DNA of 64,000 nucleotides, taken from contig NC_086097.1 of the NCBI RefSeq assembly GCF_963921235.1, positions 233,680,001-233,744,000 of the forward strand, given 5' to 3'. This stretch comes from Mobula hypostoma. Taxonomy: Eukaryota. Both the position numbers and the translations under genes were made by a program. Below are positions 23,806-34,423 of this stretch, piece by piece; positions within the stretch are counted from its first letter, which is position 1; each line of letters starts with the position of its first letter. The notes under the pieces are model-generated. The model searched no databases. It worked only from the letters and a program-made list of their open reading frames with translations, and had not been told where the DNA came from.

Positions 23806-25209
23806 TGAAAGAACGAAAGAAAGAAACAGACAAAGAAAAAAAAAAGATAGAAAGAAAGAGAAAGGAATAGTGAGTTCATGGTGTCCTCGATGGGAGGAAA
23901 AGTTGTGGAACTGGCTAAGTCTACAACTCCCTCTGAAGCCTCTTACAATTCTGTGCATTGGCATTTCCATACCAGACAGTGATAAAACCATTCCGACTGA
24001 TCTCCATGGTGCATCTATGGAAATTTACTGGAGCCTTTGGTAACATATCAAATCTCCTCTAACTCTTAATAAATTATAGCTGCAGGTGTACCTTTTTTTA
24101 TGATTGTATCAATATCCATGTACTTAAAATGTGTCTGTGTGTATTTAGAATGTGCAATGCCAACTTCCCCACTACAAAAGCAAGTATGAAAAACAACGGT
24201 AATGAATGTGGCCTCACCAGCTCTTCCATTTGCCTTACGATTTTTAAGAAAGATTGATTTCTGACAGCCACTTGGACATTTATCTGCCACAAGGTATTGC
24301 AGCAGTCTGCCCGTTGAGGATGGTGCCGTCTTGGCAACCGGCTGGCATTGTGCCATTTCCAGAAGCCATTGTTATTTTGTCATGAAGCTCACTGATTAGC
24401 CTGAGCTCTGGGCAGCAAACCCATAGAGAAGGACTGAAACCACTGCTGACTGTTGCCCGTGGCTTTCCTGTGACTGTTTCTTTAATTTCCATTCCTCACC
24501 TCTCCAAAGCAGCAGCAGGAAGATGCATGTCAGATGATCATGCCATCTCTTGCCTGCGGCCAGCACGCCAACAGTTTCAGATAAACTCTTTCATTAAATC
24601 TTGGTTTTGGACTGCTTCTGCTTTGCCCAGATGAGTTTCAATCGTGTCACGAAGGCCAGCTAAATGCAGATTGTGTTCCAGTGGTATCGAAGCCTTCACG
24701 TTCAGAACAGGCTCTTCCTTACGTGACAGCCACAATGAGTACCTAAACTGGATTCACTCTGCAATTCCACCATAAGATTCCTCCTTGCAATACCTGTGCT
24801 CACAATTGATGCTGGTGTTAATTGGCATACTCTGTTCTTTCAAGAAATTGGTTTATTTCTTACTGCCATGGATGAAATGAAAATGGAAGGTGAATTGAGA
24901 GGGAAGGGTTCAATTGATCTTAGAGTCAGTTAAATGGTTGGTACAACATAGTGGGCTGAAATGCCTGGACTATGCTATACGTTCTATATTCTAAGTTCCA
25001 TGGAAGAGTGGAAACAAGCCAATGTATTTCTGTGACAACCTACAAGAGTATGACATTTCTCTAATAGATGGAATGATGATGGGAGCTGATAGGATGCTGC
25101 TGCTCCTGAAGAATTCATTCTGCCTCTAGGACTTGCCAATCTGTCCCTCTGAGGCACCGAAGATCATACTAAAATTCGGATTCAGATTTATATTGATTCA
25201 CTGCTGGGA

Positions 25210-25580
25210 ATATGGCCCAGCCCATCACAGGTAAAGCCTTTTCCCCCATCCTTGAGAATATCGATATGAAGCGTTGTTGCAGGAAGGCAGCATCCATTGT
25301 CAGTGACACTACCAGCCATGGTCATGCTGTCTTCGTACTCTTGCCATCAGGAAGAAGGTACAGGAGCCTCAGGACGCACACTACCAGGGTCAGGAACAGT
25401 TATTACCCCTCAACCATCAGGCTCTTGAATCAAAGAGGATAACTTCACTAAACTTCGCTTGCCCCAACAGTGAAATGTTCCCGGAACCTATGGACTCACT
25501 TTCAAGGACTCTACATCTCACGTTCTCGATATTTGTTGCTTATTAATTTATTATTATTAATTCTTTCATTTTGTATTTCC
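25210..25580 (+). mobile_element. Rex1/Babar-like 3' end
   Basis: LLPSGRRYRSLRTHTTRVRNSYYPSTIRLLN. Confidence 0.85.
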
Positions 25581-25581
25581 A

Positions 25582-26304
25582 CATAAGAACATAAGAAATA
25601 GGAGCAGGAGTAGACCACCTGGCCCATCGAGCCTGTTCTGCCATTCAATAAGTTCATGGCTGATCTGGCCGTGGACTCATCTCCAACTACCTGCCTTTTC
25701 CCCCATAACCTTTAATTCACAAGACAAGACAAAGTAGGCCATTCGGCCCATTGAGTCTGCTCTGCAGCTCCCCCATGAGCTAAACTATTCACCCATCTAG
25801 TTCCAATTTCCGGCTTTTTCCCCATTTCTCTTGATACACTGACTAATTAGATAGCTGTCAATCTCCTCCTTAAACACCCTCAATGATCGGGCCTCCACAG
25901 CTGTATGTGGCAACGAATTCCACAAATCCATGACCCTCTGGCTAAAAAAATTTCTCGTCATCTCTGTTTTAACTGGATACCCTCTAATTCTAAGACTATG
26001 GCCTCTTGTCCTGGACTCACCCACCAAGGGAAACAACCTTTCCACATCTACTCTGTCCAACCCTTTCAACATTCTCCTACTATGCAAAATATCATTCCAA
26101 CCTTGGCTTAAATATATTTACTGAACTAGTCTCCACTGCTCTATTGGACAAGAATGCCACAGATTCACCACACTCTGGGAAAGGCAGTTCTGCCTCATCA
26201 TCCTAAATATACTCCCCTGAATCTTGAGGCTATATCCCCTCATCTAGTCTCACCTAGCAGTGGAAACAACTTTCCTGCCTCTGTCTTATCTATCCCTTTC
26301 ATAT
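25582..26304 (-). mobile_element. Cluster of CR1 3' fragments (young copy 25720-26075 inside older ones)
   Basis: GLDRVDVERLFPLVGESRTRGHSLRI; (CATAAGAA)n and CACAAGA tails. Confidence 0.85.
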
Positions 26305-27620
26305 CTTAGAAACCATAGAAACCATAGAAATACTACAGCACATAAACAGGCCTTTTGGCCCTTCTTGGCTGTGCCGAACCATTTTCTGCCTAGTCCCACT
26401 GACCTGCACACGGACCATATCCCTCCATACACCTCCCATTCATGTATCTGTCCAATTTAATCTCAAATGTTAAAAAAGAACCCGCATTTACCACCTCGTC
26501 TGGCAGCTCATTCCATACTCCCACCACTCTCTTTTTGAAGAAGCCCCGCCCCATGTTCCCTTTAAACTTTCCCCCCTCACCCTTAACCCATGTCCTCTGT
26601 TTGTTTTTCTCCCCTCGCCTCAGTAGAAAAAGCCTGCTTGCATTCACTCTATCTATACCCATCATAATTTTATATACCTCTATCAAATCTCCCCTCATTC
26701 TTCTACGCTCCAAGGAATAAAGTCCTAACCTATTCAACCTTTCTCTGTAACTGAGTTTCTCAAGTCCCCGCAACATCCTTGTAAACCTTCTCTGCACTCT
26801 TTCAACCTTATTTATATCCTTCCTGTAATTTGGTGACCAAAACTGAACACAATACTCCAGATTCGGCCTCACCAATGCCTTATACAACCTCATCATAACA
26901 TTCCAGCTCTTATACTCAATACTTTGATTAATAAAGGCTAATGTACCAAAAGCTCTCTTTATGACCCTATCTACGTGTGACGCCACTTTTAGGGAATTTT
27001 GTATCTGTATTCCCAGATCCCTCTGTTCTACTGCACTCCTCAGTGCCTTACCATTAACCCTGTGTGTTCTACCTTGGTTTGTCCTTCCAAAGTGCAATAC
27101 CTCACACTTGTCAGTATTAAACTCTATCTGCCATTTTTCAGCCCATTTTTCCAGCTGGTCCAAGTCCCTCTGCAGGCTTTGAAAACCTTCCTCACTGCCC
27201 ACTACACCTCCAATCTTTGTATCCTCAGCAAATTTGCTGATCGACCACATTATCATACAGATCATTGATATAGATGACAAATAACAATGGACCCAGCACT
27301 GATCCCTGTGGCACACCACTAGTCACAGGCCTCCACTCAGAGAAGCAATTCTCTACTACCACTTTGGCTTCTTCCATTGAACCAATGACTAATCCAATTT
27401 ACCACCTCTCCATGTATACCTAGCGACTGAATCTTCTTAACTAACCTTCCATGCAGGACCTTGTCAGAGGCCTTACTGAAGTCCATGTAGACAATATCCA
27501 CTGCCTTCCCTTCATCCACTTTCCAGGTAACCTCCTCGAAAAACTCCAATAGATTGGTCAAACATGACCTACCACGCACAAAGCCATGTTGACTCTCCCT
27601 AATAAGTCCCTGTCTATCCT
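26305..27620 (-). mobile_element. 5'-truncated CR1 (RT region)
   Basis: [31 protein letters not shown]; 309-aa ORF; same subfamily as 5051-6073. Confidence 0.95.
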
Positions 27621-28004
27621 TAAGAAACTTACAAGAAATCCTATAAGAATCCTATAAGAAACATATCTGTTTCTATAAAATCTCCACAGTTTGTTGTTTT
27701 CTGCATTCTGGTTGAATACTGAAGTCGGTGAGGTCTTTCATTGATTCTGTTATGGTTATTACTCTATTACTGATTTATTGAGTATGCCCACAAGAAAATG
27801 AATTCAGGGTTATATATGGTGACTTGTCTTGTTACATACACCTGTTAGAGTGCATACTGTATGTACGTTGATAATGAATTTACTGTGATCTTCATGTGCC
27901 TTGAAACCTGCAGTGAAATACACCATTTGCATTAACAGCTAACACAACCTAAGGATGTGCTGGGAGCATCCCAAGTGTTTCCACGTGTTCTGGTGCCAAC
28001 ATCA

Positions 28005-28515
28005 GAGTCAGAATCAGATTTATTATCACTGGCATGTGTCGTGAAATTTGTTAACTTAGCAGCAGCAGTTCAATGCAATACATAATATAGAAGAAGAAGA
28101 AAAATAATAATAAAAATAAATAAATCAATTACAGTATACATATACTGAATATATTAAAATTAGTGCAAAAATCAGAAATAATATATATTAAAGAAGTGAG
28201 GTAGTGTTCATGGGTTCAATGTACATTTAGGAGGGAAGAAGCTGTTCCTAAATCGCTGAGTGTGTGTCTTCAGGATTCTGTAGACAAAAGGGCATGCTCT
28301 GGGTGCTGGAGGTCCTTAATAATGGAGACTGCCTTTCTGAGACTCCGCTCCTTGAAGATGTCCTGGGTACTTTATTGGCTAGTACCCAAGATGGAGACGA
28401 CTAAATTTACAACCCTCTGCAGCTTCTTTCGGTCCTGTGCAGTAGCTACACCACCCCCCCTCCACCCCAAAACCAGATAGTGAGGCAGCCTGTCAGAATA
28501 CTCTCCATGGTAAAC
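28005..28515 (-). mobile_element. Rex1/Babar-like 3' fragment
   Basis: TCAGAATCAG tail and GAGGTAGTGTTCATGGGTTCAATGT block shared with 51230-51640. Confidence 0.7.
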
Positions 28516-28559
28516 AGGAATGGAATTTATAACTTCGATCTTGAAGGACTGACAAAGAA

Positions 28560-29280
28560 GATAGCAGCAGCAGTAAATTTATGTGAAAGAATTTTCTTTT
28601 AAATTGTGGTAGCAATAGGATAACAAAACAGAGAGAATATTTCTTTGATGCTGATTTTGAGATAAACATTAGTCAGAACACTGGGAATAGCTCCAATGGT
28701 GTACTTGAAATGGTGCCAAAGGATCACTTATGCTCACCTGAGAGAATAGACAGAGTCTCATTTTAATGCTTTAGATGATTAACAGCACTTTTCAAGGGCT
28801 CTGCACTCATTTATTGGACTGGTGTGTCTGCCAAGGTGTTTGTACTCAAGTCTCAGAAGTGGAAAATTGGGGGACTTCCGGTAGCGCTCATGGAGTGAAG
28901 TCGCGTTCTTGACTCGCTCCATTACCTCTGAGTTTTTTCTCTCTATGGTCAGCTATACTTTAATTAACTATTAAGGCATCAATTTTTACAATACTTTGAA
29001 TTAAACTGAATTCTCTGACAATTGGATGATACTGAGATCGGCTATGTCTAAGAACGGGAAAGACGGCAAGGATGGTAAACCTCCGGTTAAACCGAAAGCT
29101 ACGGATCTCCCTCCGACTGAATCACCGGTGACTTTGAAAGCGATATCGGAGTTAATTCAGAGGGAAATTTCAACCTCTGTTAGGGAGATGATTCGTACAG
29201 AAATTATGGGCTTTGTTAAAGACCTGATTCATACGGAAATCTCAACTAAGAAGTGGAAAATTGAACTCATAATCTGTCAT
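28560..29280 (-). mobile_element. Old Deu-domain SINE split by an L1 5' fragment
   Basis: GTGCCAAAGGATC..CACCTGAGAG..GACAG..TTTAATG..CTGCAC..CTCAAGTCTC[TSD]AACTCATAATC is the reverse of the DeuSINE consensus. Confidence 0.6.
28870..29248 (+). mobile_element. L1-like 5' UTR and ORF1 N-terminus only, flanked by a TSD
   Basis: Starts GGGGACTTCCGG..ATGGAGTGAAGTCGC (fish-L1-type 5' end); MSKNGKDGKDGKPP..VTLKAISELIQREI; 15-bp TSD AGAAGTGGAAAATTG at 28855-28869 and 29249-29263. Confidence 0.7.
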
Positions 29281-29599
29281 CTGGAAGGTTCTACCAACTA
29301 AGGCCTGGCTAACACTACACAAATTCATGCAATTTACACTACAAATTACAGACTGTAAAGAATTCTGTTTTCCATCCTCACCTCCAACATTTCCCATTGT
29401 ACAAATATTCGCTTTCAAAGATAATAATCATAGGTCCCTTCATCATCTTGAAGGAAGGCTTGGATTTAGCTGGGTTTTATTAGCAGCTCCGTATGAAAAT
29501 ATTGCCAGGAAGTTCAGCATGAGTTCAGAAGTCCCAAACTTACTTGTAAACTTTGAAGTGGCATATAAATGCATAGCAGAAGAATTGGAGCAAGCAGCA

Positions 29600-32285
29600 G
29601 GAATTCAGGTTCCTGGATAATTGGGACCTCTTCTGGGCAGGTGGGACCTGTACAAAAGGGACGGGTTGCACTTGAGTTCAAGGGGACTAATATTCTTGTG
29701 GGCAGATGTACTAGAATTGTTTAAGCTAATATGCTAGAGGAATAAGAACAAGGATGAGAGAACAGAGGATACGCCACCAGGTTTACAAGTAGATGATGGG
29801 TGTAACATGAATGTAAGGAAGGACAAGCCAATGATTGGATACAAATGCAGAGAGAGCAAAGAGTTAAATTGTTCAACAGAGGCAAAATTCAAAAAGGCGA
29901 AGAATGCAGGGCTGGAGGTACTGTATTTAAATATACGTAGCATTCAGAATAAGGTGGACGAACTCATGGCGCAATTAGAGATTGGTTGGTATGACATTGT
30001 GGGCATCATTGAGTCATAGCTGTAAGGAGGACATAGTTGGGAGCTTAACAGCAAGGAATATACATTGTGTGAAACGGATGGGCAGGAAGGCATAGGCGGT
30101 TGTGTGGCTCTGTTAGTAAAAGTTGGAATTACATCTTTAGAAAGAGGTGACATAGGATCAAAGAATATTGAATTGTTGTGGATTGAGTTAAGAAATTGCA
30201 AGGGTAAAAAAAATTATGAGAATCATATATGGGCTTCCAAATAGAAGCCAAGATGTGGGGTTGAGATTGCTAAAGGACCTGGAAAAGGCATGTGGTAAGG
30301 GCATTGACACCATTCTAATGGGGGACCTCAATATGCAAAGGGATTGGAAAATTCAGGTTGGTGTCAAGACAGGCAATTTATTGAATGTCTATGAGATGTG
30401 ATTTTAGAGCAGCTTGTGCTTGAGCCTACTTAAGGAAAGGCTATCTTAGATTGGGTGTTTGCTGTGTAATAACCCAGATCTTATTAGGGAGCTGAAAGTA
30501 AAGGAACTCTTAGGAGGCAGTGATCATAATATGATTGAAATCATTCTGCAATTTGAGTGGGAGAAGCATAACTCACATGTGTCTGTATTGCAATGGAATA
30601 AAGGGAATTACAGAGGCATGAGAGAGGAGCTTGCTCAGGTGAATTGGAGGAGGATACCTACGGGGTGATGGCAGAGCAGAGGTGGCTGAAGTTTCTGGGA
30701 ATACTTCTCAAGGCGCAGGATAGATATGTCCCACAGAAGAAGTTCTCCAATAGCAGGAGTGGGCAACTGTGGCTGACAACAGATGTTAAGGACTGCATAA
30801 AAGCCCTGGAAAGGGCATATATAAGGTAGCAAAAGTGAGGGGGAAGCCTTTGAAATCCAACAAAGGCAACTGAAAATGCTATAAGAGGGAAAAGATGAAA
30901 TATGAGGGTAGACTAGCTATTAATATAAAGCAGGATACAAGAATTTTTTAAAGTAATATAAAGAATGAAAGGGAGTTGAGAGTTGATATTGGACCACTTT
31001 AAAATGATGGTAGTAATGGGGGCGAAGAAATGACTGATGAACTTAACGGGTACTTTGCATCCATCTTCACCATGGAAGACACTAGCAGTGCGCCAGAAGT
31101 CCATGAGTGTCAGGGAGCAGGAGGGAATGCCATTGCAATTACGAAGGAAAAAGTGCCAGGCAAACTCAAAGATCTTAAGGTGGATAAGTCACCTGGACCA
31201 GGTGGACTACATTCCAGAGTCCTGAGAGAGGTTGCTGAACAGATAAAGGATGCATTGGTCGTGATCTTTCAAGAGTCACTTGATTCTGGTATGGTTCCAG
31301 AGGAATGGAGGATTGCAAATCTCACTCCACTCTTTGAGAAGAGAGGAAGGCAGAAGGAAGGAAATTATAGGCCAGTTAGTCTAACCTCAGTGGTTGTGAA
31401 AATATTGGAGTCTATTATTGAGGATGAGGTTTCGAGGTACTTGGAGACTAATGATAAGATAAGTCAAAGTCAGCATAACAAATCTGTTCGAGTTCTTCGA
31501 GGAAGTAACAAGTAGGGTGGACAAAAGAAAGGCAGAGTGTGTCATTTACTTGGATTTTCAGAAGGGGTTTGATAAGGTGCCACACATAAGGCTGCTTAAC
31601 AAGATGAATTCTTATAGCGTTACAGGAAAGAAGCTGGCATGCATAGTGGAATGGCTGACACATAGGAGGCGGTGTGTGGGAATAAAAGAGACCTTTTCCT
31701 GTTGGCTGCCAGTTACTAGTGTTTTTCTTCAGCGGTCAGTATTGGGACCGCTACTTCTCACATTGTTTGTCAATGATTTGGATAATGTGATTGATGGCTT
31801 TGTAGCAACGTTTATGGACGATAGAACATAGATGGAGGGGTAGGTAGTGCTGAGGAAGCAATGCGATTGCAGCAGAACATACAAATTGGAAGAATGGGCA
31901 AAAAAGTGGCAGATGGAATACAGTGTTGGGAAACATATGATAATGCATTTTGGTAAAAGGAACAATAATGCAGACTATTATATAAATGGGGAGAAAGTTC
32001 AAACATCAGAGGTTCAGACGGACATAGGAGCCCTCGTACAAGATTCCCAGAAAGTTAATTTACAGGTTGAGTCCGTGGTAAAGAAGGCAAATGCAATGTT
32101 ACCATTTATTTCAAGGTTAATAGAATATAAATGCGAGGAGATAATTCTGAGCCTATATAAGACACTAATCAGGCCGCACTTGGAGTATTGTCAACAGTTT
32201 TGGGCCCCATATCTCATGTGAAGTCATTGGAGAGACTTCATAGGAAGTTCATGAGGATGATTCAGGGAATGAAGGGGTTAATATA
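29600..32285 (+). pseudogene. Long degenerate CR1: ORF1 esterase tail and ORF2 endonuclease-RT
   Basis: FLDNWDL..WDLYKRDGLHL; LYLNIRSIQNKVDEL..DIVGI; GDLN; LGGSDHNMI; KSPGPGG; NYRPVSLTS; YLDFQKGFDKVPH; YCQQFWAP. Confidence 0.92.
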
Positions 32286-32985
32286 TAGAAACATAGAAAC
32301 ATAGAAAACCTACAGCACAATACAGGCCCTTCGGCCCTCAAAGTTGTGCTGAACATGTCCCTATCTTAGAAATTACGAGGTTTACGCATAGCCCTCTATT
32401 TTTCTAAGTTCCATGTACCCATCCGAAAGTCTCTTAAAAGACCCTATCGTATCCGCCTCCACCACTGTTGCCGGCAGCTCATTCCATGCACTCACCACTC
32501 TCTGAGTAAAAAACTTACCCCTGACATCTCCTCTGTACCTACTCCCCAGCACCTTAAAACTGTGTCCTCTTATGGCAACCATTTCAGCCCTGGGAAAAAG
32601 CCTCTGACTGTCCACACGGTCAATGCCTTTCATCATCTTATACACCTCTATCAGGTCCCCTGTCATCCTCCATCACTCCAAGGAGAAAAGGCCGAGTTCA
32701 CTCAACTTGTTTTTATATGCCATGCTCCCCAATCCAGGAAACATCCTTGTAAATCTCCTCTGCACCTTTTCTATGGCTTCCACATCCTTGCTGTAGCGAG
32801 GCGACCAGAACTGAGCACAGTACTGCAAGTGGGGTCTGACCCGGGTCCTATATAGCTGCAACATTACCTCTCGGCTCCTAAATTTAATTCCATGATTAAT
32901 GAAGGCCAATACACCATATGCCTTCTTAACCATTGAGTCATTCTGCACAGCTGCTTTGAGTGTCCTATGGTCTCGGACCACAAGA
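32286..32985 (-). mobile_element. 5'-truncated CR1
   Basis: VRPHLQYCAQFWSP, GDLIEVYK; (ATAGAAAC)n tail. Confidence 0.92.
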
Positions 32986-33044
32986 TTAGATTAGATTCAA
33001 CTTTATTGTCATTGTGCCGAGTATAGATACAAAGCCAATGAAAT

Positions 33045-33869
33045 GCAAACACAAGGAATTCTACAGATGCTGGAAATTCAAGCAACACACATCAATGTTG
33101 CTGGTGAACACAGAAGGCCAGGCAGCATCACTAGGAAGAGGTACAGTCGACGTTTCGGACCGAGACCCTTCGTCAGGACTAACTGAAAGAAGAGCTAGTA
33201 AGAGATTTGAAAGTGGGAGGGGGAGGGGGAGATCCAAAATGATAGGAGAAGACAGGAGGCCCAGGGAGAAAGAAAAGGGGGGGAGGAAAAAACCCAGAGG
33301 ATGGCCAAGGGGTATAGTGAGAGGGACAGAGGGAGAAAAAGGAGAGAGAGAAAGAATGTGTGTATATAAATAAATAACAGATGGGGTACGAGGAGGAGGT
33401 GGGGCATTAGCGGAAGTTTGAGAAGTCAGTGTCCATGCCATCAGGTTGGAGGCTACCCAAATGGAATATAAGGTGTTGTTCCTCCAACCTGAGTGTGGCT
33501 TCATCTTTACAGTAGAGGAGGCTGTGGATAGACCTATCAGAATGGGAATGGGACGTGGAATTAAAATGTGTGGCCACTGGGAGATCCTGCTTTCTCTGGT
33601 GGACAGAGCGTAAGTGTTCAGCGAAACGATCTCCCAGTCTGCGTTGGGTCTCGCCAATATATAGAAGGCCACATCGGGAGCACCGGACGCAGTATATCAC
33701 CCCAGCCAACTCACAGGTGAAGTGTCGCCTCACCTGGAAGGACTGTCTGGGGCCCTGAATGGTGGCAAGGGAGGAAGTGTAAGGGCATGTGTAACACCTG
33801 TGAGTCGGCTGGGGTGATATACTGCATCCAGTGCTCCTAATGTGGCCTTCTATATATTGGCGAGACCCA
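33045..33869 (-). mobile_element. Penelope-like element: GIY-YIG domain and 3' pLTR, with a 75-bp inverted duplication at its 5' end
   Basis: CYTCPY..FTCELAGVIYCVRCSRCGLLYIGETQRRLGDRFAEH..PVATHF..RLEEQHLIFHLGSLQPDGM. Confidence 0.92.
33144..33185 (-). ncRNA. Minimal type I hammerhead ribozyme motif in the PLE pLTR
   Basis: AGUC-CUGACGA-A-GGGUCUCGGUCC-GAAAC-GUC^GACU: intact core, stem I AGUC/GACU, palindromic ACGU stem III. Confidence 0.7.
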
Positions 33870-34125
33870 ATAAGAGGGAACTTGATAACGGTGAGGACAA
33901 TATGAGTGAGGTTGATGTTTTGGAGCATGTTGATATTAAGGGAGAGGAGGTGTTGGAGTTATTAAAATACATTAGGATGGATAAGTCCCAGGGGCCTGAC
34001 GGAATATTCCCCAGGCTACTCCACAAGGCGAGGGAAGAGATTGCTGAGCCTCTGGCTAGAATCTTTATGTCTTCGTTGTCTACAGGAATGGTACCGGAAG
34101 ATTGTAGGGAGACGAATGTTGTCCC

Positions 34126-34354
34126 TGAAGCACCTTCAATTGCTCCAAAAGACTGAGGTTTGGTAAAATACTGAAAGGCTTTTATTCGCTGTACAATACG
34201 ACCTCCACAGTGAGTGACTGCCCCTGGACTGAGGGGGAGGGGCAAGGCGAACACCTTTATACAGGACTCTGTGGGAGGAGCCACAGGGGCAGTCAGCAGA
34301 GGGGTGTGTCCAGACAGGTAACCGAGTTACAACATATATACATGGTTTGCCACA
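34126..34354 (-). repeat. 3' LTR
   Basis: Direct repeat of 38312-38540 with 7 substitutions counted by eye; preceded by the PPT on the minus strand. Confidence 0.95.
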
Positions 34355-34423
34355 TTCACCCCTCCTTTTTTTAAAAAGAATCCCGCTGGGTGAAGTGACT
34401 GACAATATTTACAAGAAGTATAT

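Noticed and set aside
29530..29600. Minus-strand exon ending at a GTAAGT donor (~29543)
   Set aside because: No credible acceptor or recognisable peptide upstream before the CR1 starts.
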